Of a stretch of DNA of 64,000 nt, positions 53,759 to 63,667 are shown one piece after another. The stretch is from Alphaproteobacteria bacterium (GTDB lineage: Bacteria; Pseudomonadota; Alphaproteobacteria; Caulobacterales; Aquidulcibacteraceae): positions 1,646-65,645 of the forward strand of contig JAIYAO010000200.1 in the NCBI GenBank assembly GCA_027488965.1. Reading direction: 5' to 3'. The stretch's first letter is position 1, and each line of letters begins with the position of its first letter. The translations under genes were made by a program, and so were the position numbers. The notes below the pieces were generated by a model. The model did no database searches and was not told where the DNA came from. It worked only from the letters and a program-made list of their open reading frames with translations.

Positions 53759-54748
53759 TCAAGCCGCCCTCGACGCCAGATCGTCCACGAGGCCTTCCAC
53801 ATCGAGTCCTTCCGCGCGGGCGCCGAAGGACAGCGCCATCCGGTGCACCAGCGCCGGGCGCGCGAGGGCGGTCACGTCGTCCAGCGCCGGCGCAAGGCGG
53901 CCGCGCAGAAGCGCGCGGGCGCGCACGGCGAGCATCAGCGCCTGTCCGGCGCGGGGACCAGGCCCCCAGGCCACATGCTGGTTCACCCGCGGATCGGCGG
54001 AGGCGCCGGGCCGTGCGGAACGCACGAGATCGACGATGGCGGCCAGCACCTTTTCGCCCACGGGCATCCGGCGCACGAGGTTCTGGATGGCGATCAGGCC
54101 CTGGGCGTCGAGCACCGCGGTGGGCTTCTGCTCGGCCATGCCGGTGGTCTCCACCACGATGCGGCGCTCGGTCTCCTTGTCGGGGTAGGGCACGTCTACC
54201 TGCAGCAGGAAGCGGTCAAGCTGGGCTTCCGGCAACGGATAGGCGCCCTCGTGCTCGATGGGGTTCTGCGTCGCCAGCACGTGGAATGGCTCGGGCAGCG
54301 CGTAGGCCTGGCCGGCCACGGTCACCTGATGCTCCTGCATCGCCTGCAGCAGGGCGGACTGCGTGCGTGGGCTGGCGCGGTTGATCTCGTCGGCCATCAG
54401 CAGGCGGGTGAAGATCGGGCCGGGCACGAAGCGGAAGGCGCGCTGGCCTGTGGCGGTCTGGTCGAGGATTTCGGAGCCGATGATGTCGGCGGGCATGAGA
54501 TCCGGCGTGAACTGGACGCGGCCCCAGTCCAGCCCCAGGGCGGTGGCAGTGGCCGCCACCAGCTTGGTCTTGGCGAGACCCGGTGCGCCCACCAGGAGCA
54601 CGTGGCCCCCGGCCAGCACCCCCGACAGCACCAGCTCCACCACCCGCTCCTGGCCGAAGATGGTGCGCCCGATCTCGGCGCGGACGCGCTGGAGGGCGGC
54701 GCCGGCGCGTTCGGCCTCGGCCACAAGCTGTTCGGGGGATGGGTCCAT
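53759..54748 (-). CDS. MoxR family AAA+ ATPase
   Basis: Walker A GAPGLAKT, Walker B LLMADEINRA and QAMQEHQVTV. Confidence 0.93.
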   Translation of the reverse strand: MDPSPEQLVAEAERAGAALQRVRAEIGRTIFGQERVVELVLSGVLAGGHVLLVGAPGLAKTKLVAATATALGLDWGRVQFTPDLMPADIIGSEILDQTATGQRAFRFVPGPIFTRLLMADEINRASPRTQSALLQAMQEHQVTVAGQAYALPEPFHVLATQNPIEHEGAYPLPEAQLDRFLLQVDVPYPDKETERRIVVETTGMAEQKPTAVLDAQGLIAIQNLVRRMPVGEKVLAAIVDLVRSARPGASADPRVNQHVAWGPGPRAGQALMLAVRARALLRGRLAPALDDVTALARPALVHRMALSFGARAEGLDVEGLVDDLASRAA

Positions 54749-54836
54749 GCGGTGGTCGTCCTTGCGGGTGGGGCGTCACGTTGCCCCGCCGGGGGAACGT
54801 GCCTAACTGGTGGGCGGTTTTGAGGCCGATCCCGGA

Positions 54837-55427
54837 ATGAGCGTCGCCGAATTCATCGCCGCCCTCCAGCGCGAGGCGTCAAGTGGCGCCCCGCGCGGAA
54901 CGCCGCCGGTGGACCGCTGGGACCCGCCTTTCTGCGGCGACAGCTTCATCGAGATACTCGCCGACGGCACATGGAAGCACGAGGGTGTGCGCATGACGCG
55001 CGAAAGCCTGGTGCGGCTGTTCGCCTCGATCCTGCGCAAGGACGCCGACGGGACCACCTATCTGGTCACCCCGGTGGAGAAGGTTTCCGTGACCGTGTCC
55101 GATGCGCCCTTCCTCGCGGTGCGGGCGGACCGGGAAGGCGGCGGGCCCGACCAGGTCATCGCCTTCACCACCAACATGGGAGATGTGGCGGCGGCGGGGC
55201 CCGACAACCCGATCCGGGTCGAGATGCGGGACGGCGCGCCGCGGCCGTACGTGCTGGTGCGCGGGCGGCTCGAAGCCCGCATCCTGCGCGCGCCGTTCTA
55301 TGAGCTGGTGGGCTGGGCGGTGGAGGAGGCCACGCCCGACGGGCCGCGGCTGGGCGTATGGAGCCAGGGCGCGTTCTTTCCGCTGGGGCCGGCCAATGCG
55401 CATCTCCCCGGGGTGCACGCGCCATGA
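54837..55427 (+). CDS. DUF1285 domain-containing protein
   Basis: PPVDRWDPPFCGD..IEILADGTWKHEG..MTRESLVRLFASILRKD..GTTYLVTPVEK matches my recollection of DUF1285. Confidence 0.75.
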   Translation: MSVAEFIAALQREASSGAPRGTPPVDRWDPPFCGDSFIEILADGTWKHEGVRMTRESLVRLFASILRKDADGTTYLVTPVEKVSVTVSDAPFLAVRADREGGGPDQVIAFTTNMGDVAAAGPDNPIRVEMRDGAPRPYVLVRGRLEARILRAPFYELVGWAVEEATPDGPRLGVWSQGAFFPLGPANAHLPGVHAP

Positions 55428-56056
55428 CCTTCGACGAAGACTTCGAACATCGCGCCCGCACGCGCCTAGATCCGCTGCACCGGCTGTCCGGATCGGCCTC
55501 ACGGTCGGACTTCGATCTCAACCCCGAGGCGGCGCCGCCCGCGGACGCTGCGCTCACGCCCGCTGCGGTGCTCGCGCCCATCGTGCGCCGGCCGCACGGC
55601 TTCACGGTGCTGCTGACGCTGCGGTCCTCGAACATGCCGTCCCACGCGGGGCAGATCTCCTTCCCGGGCGGCCGTGTGCAGGCGGGCGACGCCGATCACG
55701 TGGGCACTGCGCTGCGCGAGACCTACGAAGAGACCGGCATCGCGCCGGAGTTCGTCACCCCGCTCGGCGGCTTCGGGGCCTATCGCACCGGCACCAACTA
55801 CATCATCACCCCCGTGCTGGGATTCATCGCGCCGGGGTTTGACCTCCGGCCGGACCCGCGGGAGGTGGATGACGTGTTCGAGACGCCGCTGTCGTTCCTG
55901 ATGGACGCCGCCAACCACGAGCGTCATGCGCGCGAGTATCAGGGCCTGCGGCGCGAGTACTACGCCATGCCGTGGGAGGGCCGCTACATCTGGGGCGCCA
56001 CGGCGGGCATCCTGAAGGCGCTGCATGACCGCCTCTACGGGGACGACCGCCCGTGA
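55424..56056 (+). CDS. NUDIX hydrolase, CoA pyrophosphatase-like
   Basis: ATGA overlap with the upstream gene. Nudix box GGRVQAGDADHVGTALRETYEETGI. Upstream ISFPGG is typical of NudL-type enzymes. Confidence 0.85.
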   Translation: MTFDEDFEHRARTRLDPLHRLSGSASRSDFDLNPEAAPPADAALTPAAVLAPIVRRPHGFTVLLTLRSSNMPSHAGQISFPGGRVQAGDADHVGTALRETYEETGIAPEFVTPLGGFGAYRTGTNYIITPVLGFIAPGFDLRPDPREVDDVFETPLSFLMDAANHERHAREYQGLRREYYAMPWEGRYIWGATAGILKALHDRLYGDDRP

Positions 56057-56304
56057 TGCGCCGGTTTCTCGTGCCGGTGCTGGCGTTTGCGCTGCCGTTC
56101 GCGGTGTTCGCCATCTATCGCGCGCTCAACCGGCAGACGGGCAAGCGCGCCTGGCCGATGGCGATCCTGTTCATCGCCGGCGCCGTGCTGGCGGTGCAGG
56201 CGTTCGCGCTGGCGGCGCTCAGCGAACCGCACATCGTGGCGCGCCCGCAGGATCCGCCGCCGCTGGAGGCCGCGCCCGTGACATCGCCGGTGAAAACCCC
56301 ATGA
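56053..56304 (+). CDS. small two-helix membrane protein (83 aa)
   Basis: GTGA/TGATG overlap upstream and ATGA overlap downstream. Two hydrophobic helices. Confidence 0.55.
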   Translation: MMRRFLVPVLAFALPFAVFAIYRALNRQTGKRAWPMAILFIAGAVLAVQAFALAALSEPHIVARPQDPPPLEAAPVTSPVKTP

Positions 56305-57539
56305 CCTCCATCGCCGGCGCCAGCTGGTTCACCGCACCCGAGACGAAAGCCGTGGCGGCGGCGCTGGAGGCGGTGCTGCCGGGCGGGTCGCGCTTCGTGG
56401 GCGGCTGCGTGCGCAACACGCTGATGGGCCATCCGGTGGACGACGTGGACATCGCCACGCAATTGACGCCGGACGAGACCATCGCCGCCGCGAAGGCAGC
56501 GGGGTTCGCCGTGGCGCCCACGGGCATCGATCACGGCACCGTCACCGTCATCGCGAACCACGTGCCGTTCGAGGTCACGACGCTGCGCCGCGACGTGTCC
56601 ACCGATGGCCGGCGCGCCACCGTGGCGTTCACGAAGAGCTGGGAGGAGGATGCGGCGCGGCGCGATTTCCGCCTGAACGCGCTTTACGCCGATGCGGCGG
56701 GCGCGGTGTTCGATCCCACGGGCGGGGGGCTGGAGGATGCGCGCGCAGGGCGCATCATCTTCATCGGCGATGCGGAAACGCGCCTGCGCGAGGATTTCCT
56801 GCGCAACCTGCGCTTCTTCCGGTTTTCCGCCTGGTATGGCGGCGGCGCGCTCGACGCGCGGGGGCTTGCGGCGTGCACGGCGCTGCAGGCGGGGCTCGAT
56901 GTGCTGTCGGCGGAGCGGGTGTGGAAGGAGTTGAAGAAGCTCTTCGCCGCGCCCGATCCGCGCCGCGCGCTGGCGGGGATGGAGGGCGCGGGCATTCTTG
57001 CGCGCGTGGCGCCCGAGGCGGCGGACATGGCGCGCGTGCACGCCCTCGTCGGCATCGAGCGCGACCTGATGCTGCCGCAGGATGCGCTGTCGCGCATCGC
57101 CGCCGCGCTTCCCGATGAGGCCGCCGCCCGGGCCTTCGCGCAGCGGATGAAGTCGTCCAACGACGAACGCCAGCGTCTCGTCGCCGCCACGGGCGATGCG
57201 CCGCGCATCGTGTCCTTCCTGTCCATGCGGGAGCTGCGCCGCGCGCTCTATGCGCTCGGCGTGGAGACGTTCCGCGACCGCGCGCTGCGGGCGTGGGCGA
57301 CGGAGAACGATCCGCGCAAGGCCTCCCAGTGGCGCGCGCTGTTGGCGCTGGCCGACACGTACGTGCGCCCCACGCTCGCGCTCACGGGCGATGACATCCT
57401 CGCCGCCGGCGTGGCGCCGGGCCCGAAGGTGGGGGAGGTGCGCCGCGAGGTGGAGGCGTGGTGGATCGACGCCGATTTTCCCGACGATCGCCTCTCCATC
57501 GTGGAGCGGCTGAAGGCGGTGGCGCAGGGCCTGGCTTAG
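56301..57539 (+). CDS. cca: CCA tRNA nucleotidyltransferase (poly(A) polymerase family)
   Basis: GGCVRN..MG....DVDIAT head-domain motif and TLRRD..TDGR. Confidence 0.88.
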   Translation: MTSIAGASWFTAPETKAVAAALEAVLPGGSRFVGGCVRNTLMGHPVDDVDIATQLTPDETIAAAKAAGFAVAPTGIDHGTVTVIANHVPFEVTTLRRDVSTDGRRATVAFTKSWEEDAARRDFRLNALYADAAGAVFDPTGGGLEDARAGRIIFIGDAETRLREDFLRNLRFFRFSAWYGGGALDARGLAACTALQAGLDVLSAERVWKELKKLFAAPDPRRALAGMEGAGILARVAPEAADMARVHALVGIERDLMLPQDALSRIAAALPDEAAARAFAQRMKSSNDERQRLVAATGDAPRIVSFLSMRELRRALYALGVETFRDRALRAWATENDPRKASQWRALLALADTYVRPTLALTGDDILAAGVAPGPKVGEVRREVEAWWIDADFPDDRLSIVERLKAVAQGLA

Positions 57540-57623
57540 CAGGGAACAAATGCGCGCGGCGCGGGCTGGAACGTCCGTGCGCGCCCGGCGTTTCCCGCAG
57601 ACGCCACACACGGGTCCCCCATC

Positions 57624-58448
57624 ATGCGCCTTCCTTCGCTTCTCGCCTGCGTCTCCGCTTCGGCGCTTCTGATCGCCTGCGGCATCGGCGCACCGGCCTA
57701 TCCCGAGTTCGGCGATGCGGCCTACTCCATGACCGGCACCGCGGCGCCCAGCGATGGCGCCGCCCCCGTGAACACCACGATCTACCGCGATGGCGGCAAA
57801 ATGCGGGTCGAGACGGTGATGGCGGGCCGGGGCAATGTGTCCATCGTGCACGACAGCATGTCCGGCGAATCCTACATCGTCACGCCGGCGGCGGCGGTGT
57901 CCACCGTCACGCCCGCGCCTGCGGCGATACCCGCCGCCGCGCCGCCTGCAGCCACGCCGGGTGCGCCGGCCGCTGTTCCCGCCGCCACGGCGCCCGCGGC
58001 TGTCGCCGTCGCGCCCGCCGCCGGCACTGCGGTGCGGATCGAGGATGAGGATGCGCCGAAGCCCATCGAGGAATCCTGGGTGTCCCTCGGCAAGGCCAAC
58101 GCCAAGAGTCTGGGGCCCTGCACCGTTGCCGGGGAGAAGGGCGCCCGCTGGACGCCGCGCGAGGCCACCGAAGGCGTCGCGCGCGTGGCGTGCATCACCG
58201 CCGACGGCATCGTGCTTGAAGTCACCGAAAGTCAGACTGTGATCTGGCGTGCGGCCAGCATCACCCGCGGCCCGCAGGATCCTGCGCTGTTCGGCGTGCC
58301 CGCCGGCTACCAGATCGTGGACCCCAAGGCGCTTGCGGCCAGCGTGGGCGATGCGCTGCAGGACGCGGGGCAGGTGACCGGCGAGACCAAGGCCCCCGCG
58401 GCCACGGCGCCGATGCCGCCGACGGCTCCCGCGCCGCCAAAAACCTAG
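57624..58448 (+). CDS. hypothetical lipoprotein with a central Ala/Pro-rich linker
   Basis: Lipobox LIACG. Two globular halves separated by PAPAAIPAAAPPAATPGAPAAVPAATAPAA. Confidence 0.65.
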   Translation: MRLPSLLACVSASALLIACGIGAPAYPEFGDAAYSMTGTAAPSDGAAPVNTTIYRDGGKMRVETVMAGRGNVSIVHDSMSGESYIVTPAAAVSTVTPAPAAIPAAAPPAATPGAPAAVPAATAPAAVAVAPAAGTAVRIEDEDAPKPIEESWVSLGKANAKSLGPCTVAGEKGARWTPREATEGVARVACITADGIVLEVTESQTVIWRAASITRGPQDPALFGVPAGYQIVDPKALAASVGDALQDAGQVTGETKAPAATAPMPPTAPAPPKT

Positions 58449-58496
58449 CCTTGTCGCATCGCGTGCCCGATACTCCGGTCAAGGCAGGAGGTCGCC

Positions 58497-59096
58497 ATGA
58501 AGCTCTGGTACAGTCCGCGGACGCGGTCATTCACGGCTCTCTGGATGCTGGAGGAAACGGGCCTGCCCTACACGCTGGAGCGCGTCGACATCCGCGCGGC
58601 GGAGCACCCGAATGCGGCGCTTCTCGCGGTCAATCCCATGGGCAAGGTGCCGGCGCTCGAGGACGGGGACGCGCGGTTCGGCGACAATGGCGCGATCCTG
58701 TTGTACCTCGCGGACAAGGCGGCCGGTAAGGCTCTCGCCCCTGCCGCCTCCGATCCTGCCCGCGGCCGCTACCTGCAATGGATGCTGTTTCCCGCCGGCG
58801 TCATCGAGCCTGCGATGATGGAGCGGATGCACAAGGCGCCAGTGAACACCCAGCAGGCCGGCTGGGGCGACATGGATCGCGCACAGAAGGCGCTCGCGTC
58901 CGCCATGACTCCAGGCCAATGGCTGCTCGGCGCCGGCTTCACCGCCGCCGACCTCTACATCGCCAGTTCGCTCAGCTTCGGCATGCAGTTCGGCCTGATC
59001 GACAAGCTGCCGGCGTTCGAGGAATTCACCGGCCGCGCGCGGGCGCGCGAGGCGTTCGTGCGTGCGAGCGCGATCGAGGCGAAGGAAGGGGCGTGA
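58497..59096 (+). CDS. glutathione S-transferase
   Basis: N-terminal thioredoxin-like fold (MKLWYSPRTRSF, GKVPALED) plus a helical C-domain. Confidence 0.88.
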   Translation: MKLWYSPRTRSFTALWMLEETGLPYTLERVDIRAAEHPNAALLAVNPMGKVPALEDGDARFGDNGAILLYLADKAAGKALAPAASDPARGRYLQWMLFPAGVIEPAMMERMHKAPVNTQQAGWGDMDRAQKALASAMTPGQWLLGAGFTAADLYIASSLSFGMQFGLIDKLPAFEEFTGRARAREAFVRASAIEAKEGA

Positions 59097-59177
59097 ACTG
59101 CAGGCCCCGCCGCGTGCGGTGCATTACGCCCTGCGGGCCAATGCACACGACACAGCGCAGGCTTCGCAATCAGGCCC

Positions 59178-60056
59178 TCAAGGCCAGATCGCTTCTGGCG
59201 GCATCGAGCTCAATATGCTCTCGATGTTGCCGCCGGTCTTCAGGCCGAAGATGGTGCCGCGGTCGTAGAGCAGGTTGAACTCCACGTAGCGGCCGCGGCG
59301 GATGAGCTGTTCGGTGCGGTCGGCGGGCGTCCACGGCTGCGTCATGCGCTTGTTCAGCAACGGCAGGTACGCTTCGAGGAAGGCGCGGCCCACGTCCTGC
59401 GTGAAGGCGAAGTCCTTTCCCCAGTCGCCGGTGTTGTGGTGATCGTAGAAGATGCCGCCGACGCCGCGGTGCTCCTGGCGGTGCGGCAGCCAGAAGTACT
59501 CGTCCGCCCACGCCTTATACTTTTCGAACAGCGCCTGGCCGTGGGCGTCGCAGGCGCGCTTGTAGGCGCCATGGAAGCTGACCGCGTCCTCGAAGGCCTG
59601 GTCGCGCTGGTAGTCCTGCGTGGGGTTCAGGTCGCCGCCGCCGCCGAACCACCACTCCGTCGTCGCCAGCATCCGGGTGTTCATGTGCACCGCCGGGCAG
59701 TGCGGGTTGCGCAGGTGGGCGATGAGGCTGATGCCGCTGGCCCAGAAGCGGGGGTCCTCGCCCGCGCCTTTGACCTGCTTGGCGAAGTCCGGGCTGAACG
59801 CGCCGTGGACGGTGGAGGTGTGCACGCCCACCTTCTCGAAGAACCGCCCGCGCATCATGGAGGCCACGCCCCCGCCCAGCTCCTCGCCCGCGCCGCCGCG
59901 CTTCCACGGGGTGCGCTCGAACCGCCCGGGGGAGCCGGGGTAGAGGTCTGCGGGGGCGGCATCCTCCAGCGCCTCGAAGGCGGCGCAGATCTGGTCGCGC
60001 AGGCCTTCGAACCAGGCGCTGGCGGCGGGTTTGGCGGTCTCGGGAAGCTGGGTCAT
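59178..60056 (-). CDS. hemF: oxygen-dependent coproporphyrinogen III oxidase
   Basis: Start at ATG 60056. [17 protein letters not shown] and [15 protein letters not shown] motifs. Confidence 0.93.
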   Translation of the reverse strand: MTQLPETAKPAASAWFEGLRDQICAAFEALEDAAPADLYPGSPGRFERTPWKRGGAGEELGGGVASMMRGRFFEKVGVHTSTVHGAFSPDFAKQVKGAGEDPRFWASGISLIAHLRNPHCPAVHMNTRMLATTEWWFGGGGDLNPTQDYQRDQAFEDAVSFHGAYKRACDAHGQALFEKYKAWADEYFWLPHRQEHRGVGGIFYDHHNTGDWGKDFAFTQDVGRAFLEAYLPLLNKRMTQPWTPADRTEQLIRRGRYVEFNLLYDRGTIFGLKTGGNIESILSSMPPEAIWP

Positions 60057-60517
60057 GGAAAGTCCTCGAAGCCTCCTGTCTGCCTCAGCGCCTCGGCCAA
60101 CGCCACAGCCCCGGCCACCGCCACGTTGAGCGACCGCAATCCCGCCGCCAGCGGGATGCGCACCACGGCGGCGGCGGCGACGTAGACCTCCGGCGGGCTG
60201 CCCGCGCTTTCGCGTCCGAGCAGCAGGGTATCGCCGGCGGCGAACCGGAAATCGTGCAGGCGCGACGATCCGTCCGTCTCCACCAGCACCAGGCGTCCGG
60301 CGGCCCGGGCGGGGGCGGCGAGGAACTGGGCGAACCCGTCGTGGCGCGCCACCGCGCAGCGGTCGCCGTAGTCCATCGCCGCCCGGCGCAACGCCTTGTC
60401 CGTCAACGCGAAGCCGCAGGGCTCGATGATGTCGAGCGGGGTCGAAAGGCACGCCGCCACGCGCATGGCTGCGCCCAGATTCTGGGGCATGTCCGGTTGA
60501 TAAAGGGCGAGACGCAC
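60053..60517 (-). CDS. trmL: tRNA (cytidine/uridine-2'-O)-methyltransferase TrmL (SpoU family)
   Basis: LGRESAG, RIP......SLNVAVA.A SPOUT knot motifs. ATGA overlap with hemF. Confidence 0.88.
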   Translation of the reverse strand: MRLALYQPDMPQNLGAAMRVAACLSTPLDIIEPCGFALTDKALRRAAMDYGDRCAVARHDGFAQFLAAPARAAGRLVLVETDGSSRLHDFRFAAGDTLLLGRESAGSPPEVYVAAAAVVRIPLAAGLRSLNVAVAGAVALAEALRQTGGFEDFP

Positions 60518-60658
60518 GGTACGGCCTCCAACGATCCGCGGGGGGGGCTGAAGGACTGCGGCGACGCGCCGCTGGCCCGGGGTCTCCCCATCTTCCCGGC
60601 TTTGCGCGCAAAACCCGCGGTGAAGCTTCGCATCCTTGTCAAGAGTTGGGGGTCATCC

Positions 60659-61225
60659 GTGGCCAATCACGCGAGTCCAGCCGCAAACGCCGAAACGGCC
60701 GGCGACGAGCCGACCCGGCGGGACTTCATCTACGTGGCCACCGGCGCCATGGGCGCTGTGGGCGTGGCCGCAGTGGCGTGGCCCTTCATCGACCAGATGT
60801 CGCCCGCCGCCGACACGCTGGCCCTCTCGGCCACCGAGTACGACCTCGCGCAGGTGCCGGAAGGCCAGCAGGTGGTGATCTTCTGGCGCGGCAAGCCGGT
60901 GTTCATCCGCCACCGCACGCCCGCCGAGATCGCCGCCGCCAAGAAGGACGACGCGGCCTCCATGCGGGATCCGCAGACAGACGCGGACCGCGTGATCCAA
61001 GCCAACGGCCAGCCCGGCAAGGCGGAGTATCTCGTAGTGGAGGCGTCCTGCACGCACTTCGGCTGCGTGCCCACGTTCGGCGGCGGCTCGTTCGGCGGCT
61101 GGCTCTGCGCCTGCCACGGGTCGGTCTACGATACTGCGGCGCGCATTCGCAGCGGCCCTGCGCCGCAGAACCTGATCGTGCCGCCCTACACATATACCTC
61201 CGGCACAGTCGTGAAGATCGGATAG
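60659..61225 (+). CDS. petA: ubiquinol-cytochrome c reductase Rieske iron-sulfur subunit
   Basis: GTG start. [11 protein letters not shown] Tat/anchor segment. Rieske boxes CTHFGC and CACHGS. Confidence 0.93.
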   Translation: MANHASPAANAETAGDEPTRRDFIYVATGAMGAVGVAAVAWPFIDQMSPAADTLALSATEYDLAQVPEGQQVVIFWRGKPVFIRHRTPAEIAAAKKDDAASMRDPQTDADRVIQANGQPGKAEYLVVEASCTHFGCVPTFGGGSFGGWLCACHGSVYDTAARIRSGPAPQNLIVPPYTYTSGTVVKIG

Positions 61226-61229
61226 GATC

Positions 61230-62693
61230 ATGAGCGGACCGTCCACCTACGTCCCCAAGAGCGGCTTCGAGCAGTGGCTCGACAAGCGTCTGCCCGTCAT
61301 GCGGCTGATGCACGACAGCTTCATCGATTATCCCACGCCGCGGAACCTGAACTACTTCTGGACGTTCGGGGCCATCCTCACGCTCTGCCTCATCACGCAG
61401 GTGGTGACCGGCATCGTGCTGGCCATGCACTACACCGCGTCGGTGGATCTCGCCTTCGACAGCGTCCAGCGCATCAAGCGCGATGTGCCGTTCGGCTGGC
61501 TGATCCAGTCGATCCACGCCACCGGCGCGTCGATGTTCTTCCTGGCGGTCTACATCCACATGTTCCGCGGGCTCTACTACGGCTCCTACAAGGCGCCGCG
61601 GGAACTGCTGTGGATCATCGGCGTGGCCATCTACCTTGCGATGATCATCACCGCGTTCCTCGGCTACGTGCTGCCGTGGGGCCAGATGAGCTTCTGGGGC
61701 GCCACCGTCATCACCAACTTCTTCACGGCCGTGCCGATCGTGGGCACGCCCATCCAGCAGTGGCTGATGGGCGGCTTCGCCATCGACAATCCCACGCTCA
61801 CGCGCTTCTTCTCGCTCCACTATCTGCTGCCGTTCGTGATCTTCGGCCTCGTGATCCTGCACGTCTGGGCGCTGCACGTGACCGGCCAGAACAACCCGGA
61901 CGGCGTGGAAGTGAAGGACAAGGCCGACACCGTCCCGTTCACGCCCTACGCCACGGTGAAGGATCTCGTGTCGGTGGCGTTCTTCGTGCTGATGTTCGCC
62001 GCGTTCGTGTTCTTCCTGCCGGACGCGCTGGGGCACCCGGACAATTACATCCCCGCCGATCCGCTGAAGACCCCGCCGCACATCGTGCCGGAATGGTACC
62101 TGCTGCCGTTCTACGCGATCCTGCGCGCCATCGATTTCTCCATCGGCCCCATCTCGGCGAAGCTCGGCGGGCTGCTGCTGATGGTCGGCGCCATCGGCGT
62201 GCTGGTGGCGCTGCCGTGGCTCGATACCTCCAAGGTCCGCTCCATGCGGTATCGCCCGCTGGCGCGCATCTTCTTCGTGATCTTCGTGGTCGTGTGCGGC
62301 GCACTGGGCTGGGCCGGCGGGCAATCGCCGGACAAGGTGATATGGCAGTCCTCGTCGTTCCGCATCGAAGGTCAGGCCACGGGCCCGGGCGGCGCCGCCC
62401 AGACCTACGTCGGGGCGGGCGTCACGCTGGAGGCCGCCGAGAAAGCCTTTGAGAAGGAGAAGGCCAAGGTCGTCGCCGCCGGCGCCGCCCCGCAGTCCAG
62501 CACCGTGACGACGCCGTTCCAGTTCAAGGTCACGCAGTTCTCGCAGCTGCTGACGTTGTATTACTTCGCGTTCTTCCTGCTCATCCTGCCGATCCTCGGC
62601 CTGCGCGAGACGCCCGGCCGCGTGCCGGAAACCATCGCCAAGGCCATCGGCGCGAAGCATGCCGCGGCCGCTGCGCCGGACCGGGAGGCCTGA
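61230..62693 (+). CDS. petB: cytochrome b
   Basis: Haem-ligand helices (..[22 protein letters not shown]), PEWY motif, and an extra ~60 aa before the last TM helix. Confidence 0.95.
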   Translation: MSGPSTYVPKSGFEQWLDKRLPVMRLMHDSFIDYPTPRNLNYFWTFGAILTLCLITQVVTGIVLAMHYTASVDLAFDSVQRIKRDVPFGWLIQSIHATGASMFFLAVYIHMFRGLYYGSYKAPRELLWIIGVAIYLAMIITAFLGYVLPWGQMSFWGATVITNFFTAVPIVGTPIQQWLMGGFAIDNPTLTRFFSLHYLLPFVIFGLVILHVWALHVTGQNNPDGVEVKDKADTVPFTPYATVKDLVSVAFFVLMFAAFVFFLPDALGHPDNYIPADPLKTPPHIVPEWYLLPFYAILRAIDFSIGPISAKLGGLLLMVGAIGVLVALPWLDTSKVRSMRYRPLARIFFVIFVVVCGALGWAGGQSPDKVIWQSSSFRIEGQATGPGGAAQTYVGAGVTLEAAEKAFEKEKAKVVAAGAAPQSSTVTTPFQFKVTQFSQLLTLYYFAFFLLILPILGLRETPGRVPETIAKAIGAKHAAAAAPDREA

Positions 62694-62697
62694 CATC

Positions 62698-63591
62698 ATG
62701 GCGATCGCACATCGGGCCCTTTCGGCGTTCGCGCGCATGGCGGCGGTGGTCGGCGCGCTCGGCGTCATGACGGCGCCCGCCGTCCACGCCGCCGAGGCCC
62801 TCCATCCGCACAAGATCGACTGGACCTTCGACGGCCCCCTCGGGTCGTTCGACCAGGCCTCCGTGCAGCGCGGCTTCCAGATATACAAGGAAGTCTGCGC
62901 CGCCTGTCACACGCTGGACCACCTGACCTACCGCAACCTCGGCGAGAAGGGCGGTCCGTTCGTGGCGTCCGGTCGGTTGAACGCCGCCACCGGGGCGTGG
63001 GAGGACGTGAAGCTCGGTCCGCCGCACCATGGCGGCAAGCTGGTGCCTGCGGCGGACAACCCCTTCGTGCGCGCCATCGCCGCCGAGTACCAGATCACCG
63101 AGATCGACCCCACCACGGGCCAGGAAGTCACCCGCCCGGCGCGCCCGTCGGACCGCTTCGTCAGCCCCTACACCAACCCCTATGAGGCCAAGGCCATCCA
63201 CGGCGTGGCGCCGCCGGATCTGTCGGTCATCATCAAGGCCCGGCACGACGGCTCGAACTACGTCCACTCCCTGCTGACCGGCTACGTCGATCCGCCGGAA
63301 GGCGAGCAGCCCCCGGGCGGTGCGGCAAACCTCAGCTACAATCCATATTTCCCCGGCGGTTGGATTTCGATGCCGCCGCAGCTGCTGCCCGACCGGGTGG
63401 CCTACACGGACGGCACGCCCGCCACGCCCGACCAGATGGCCCGCGACGTGGTGAGCTTCCTCACCTGGGCGTCCGATCCCAAGGCTGCCGAACGCAAGCA
63501 GACGGGTCTCGCGGTGCTGATCTACCTCACGATCCTCGCCGGCCTGCTCTATGCCGCGTATCGCCAGGTGTGGCGCGACGTGAAGCACTGA
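62698..63591 (+). CDS. petC: cytochrome c1
   Basis: Signal peptide, CAACH haem site, PPDLS and a C-terminal anchor helix. Confidence 0.93.
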   Translation: MAIAHRALSAFARMAAVVGALGVMTAPAVHAAEALHPHKIDWTFDGPLGSFDQASVQRGFQIYKEVCAACHTLDHLTYRNLGEKGGPFVASGRLNAATGAWEDVKLGPPHHGGKLVPAADNPFVRAIAAEYQITEIDPTTGQEVTRPARPSDRFVSPYTNPYEAKAIHGVAPPDLSVIIKARHDGSNYVHSLLTGYVDPPEGEQPPGGAANLSYNPYFPGGWISMPPQLLPDRVAYTDGTPATPDQMARDVVSFLTWASDPKAAERKQTGLAVLIYLTILAGLLYAAYRQVWRDVKH

Positions 63592-63621
63592 CGCCGGCGC
63601 GTAGCGCCTGCTAAACTCAAC

Positions 63622-63655
63622 GGGCCGCATCCTGCCGGGATGCGGCCCGTCTGTT
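63622..63655 (+). terminator. intrinsic terminator after petC
   Basis: GGGCCGCATCC-TGCC-GGGATGCGGCCC followed by GTCTGTT. Confidence 0.7.
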
Positions 63656-63667
63656 ACGGGATGCCGC

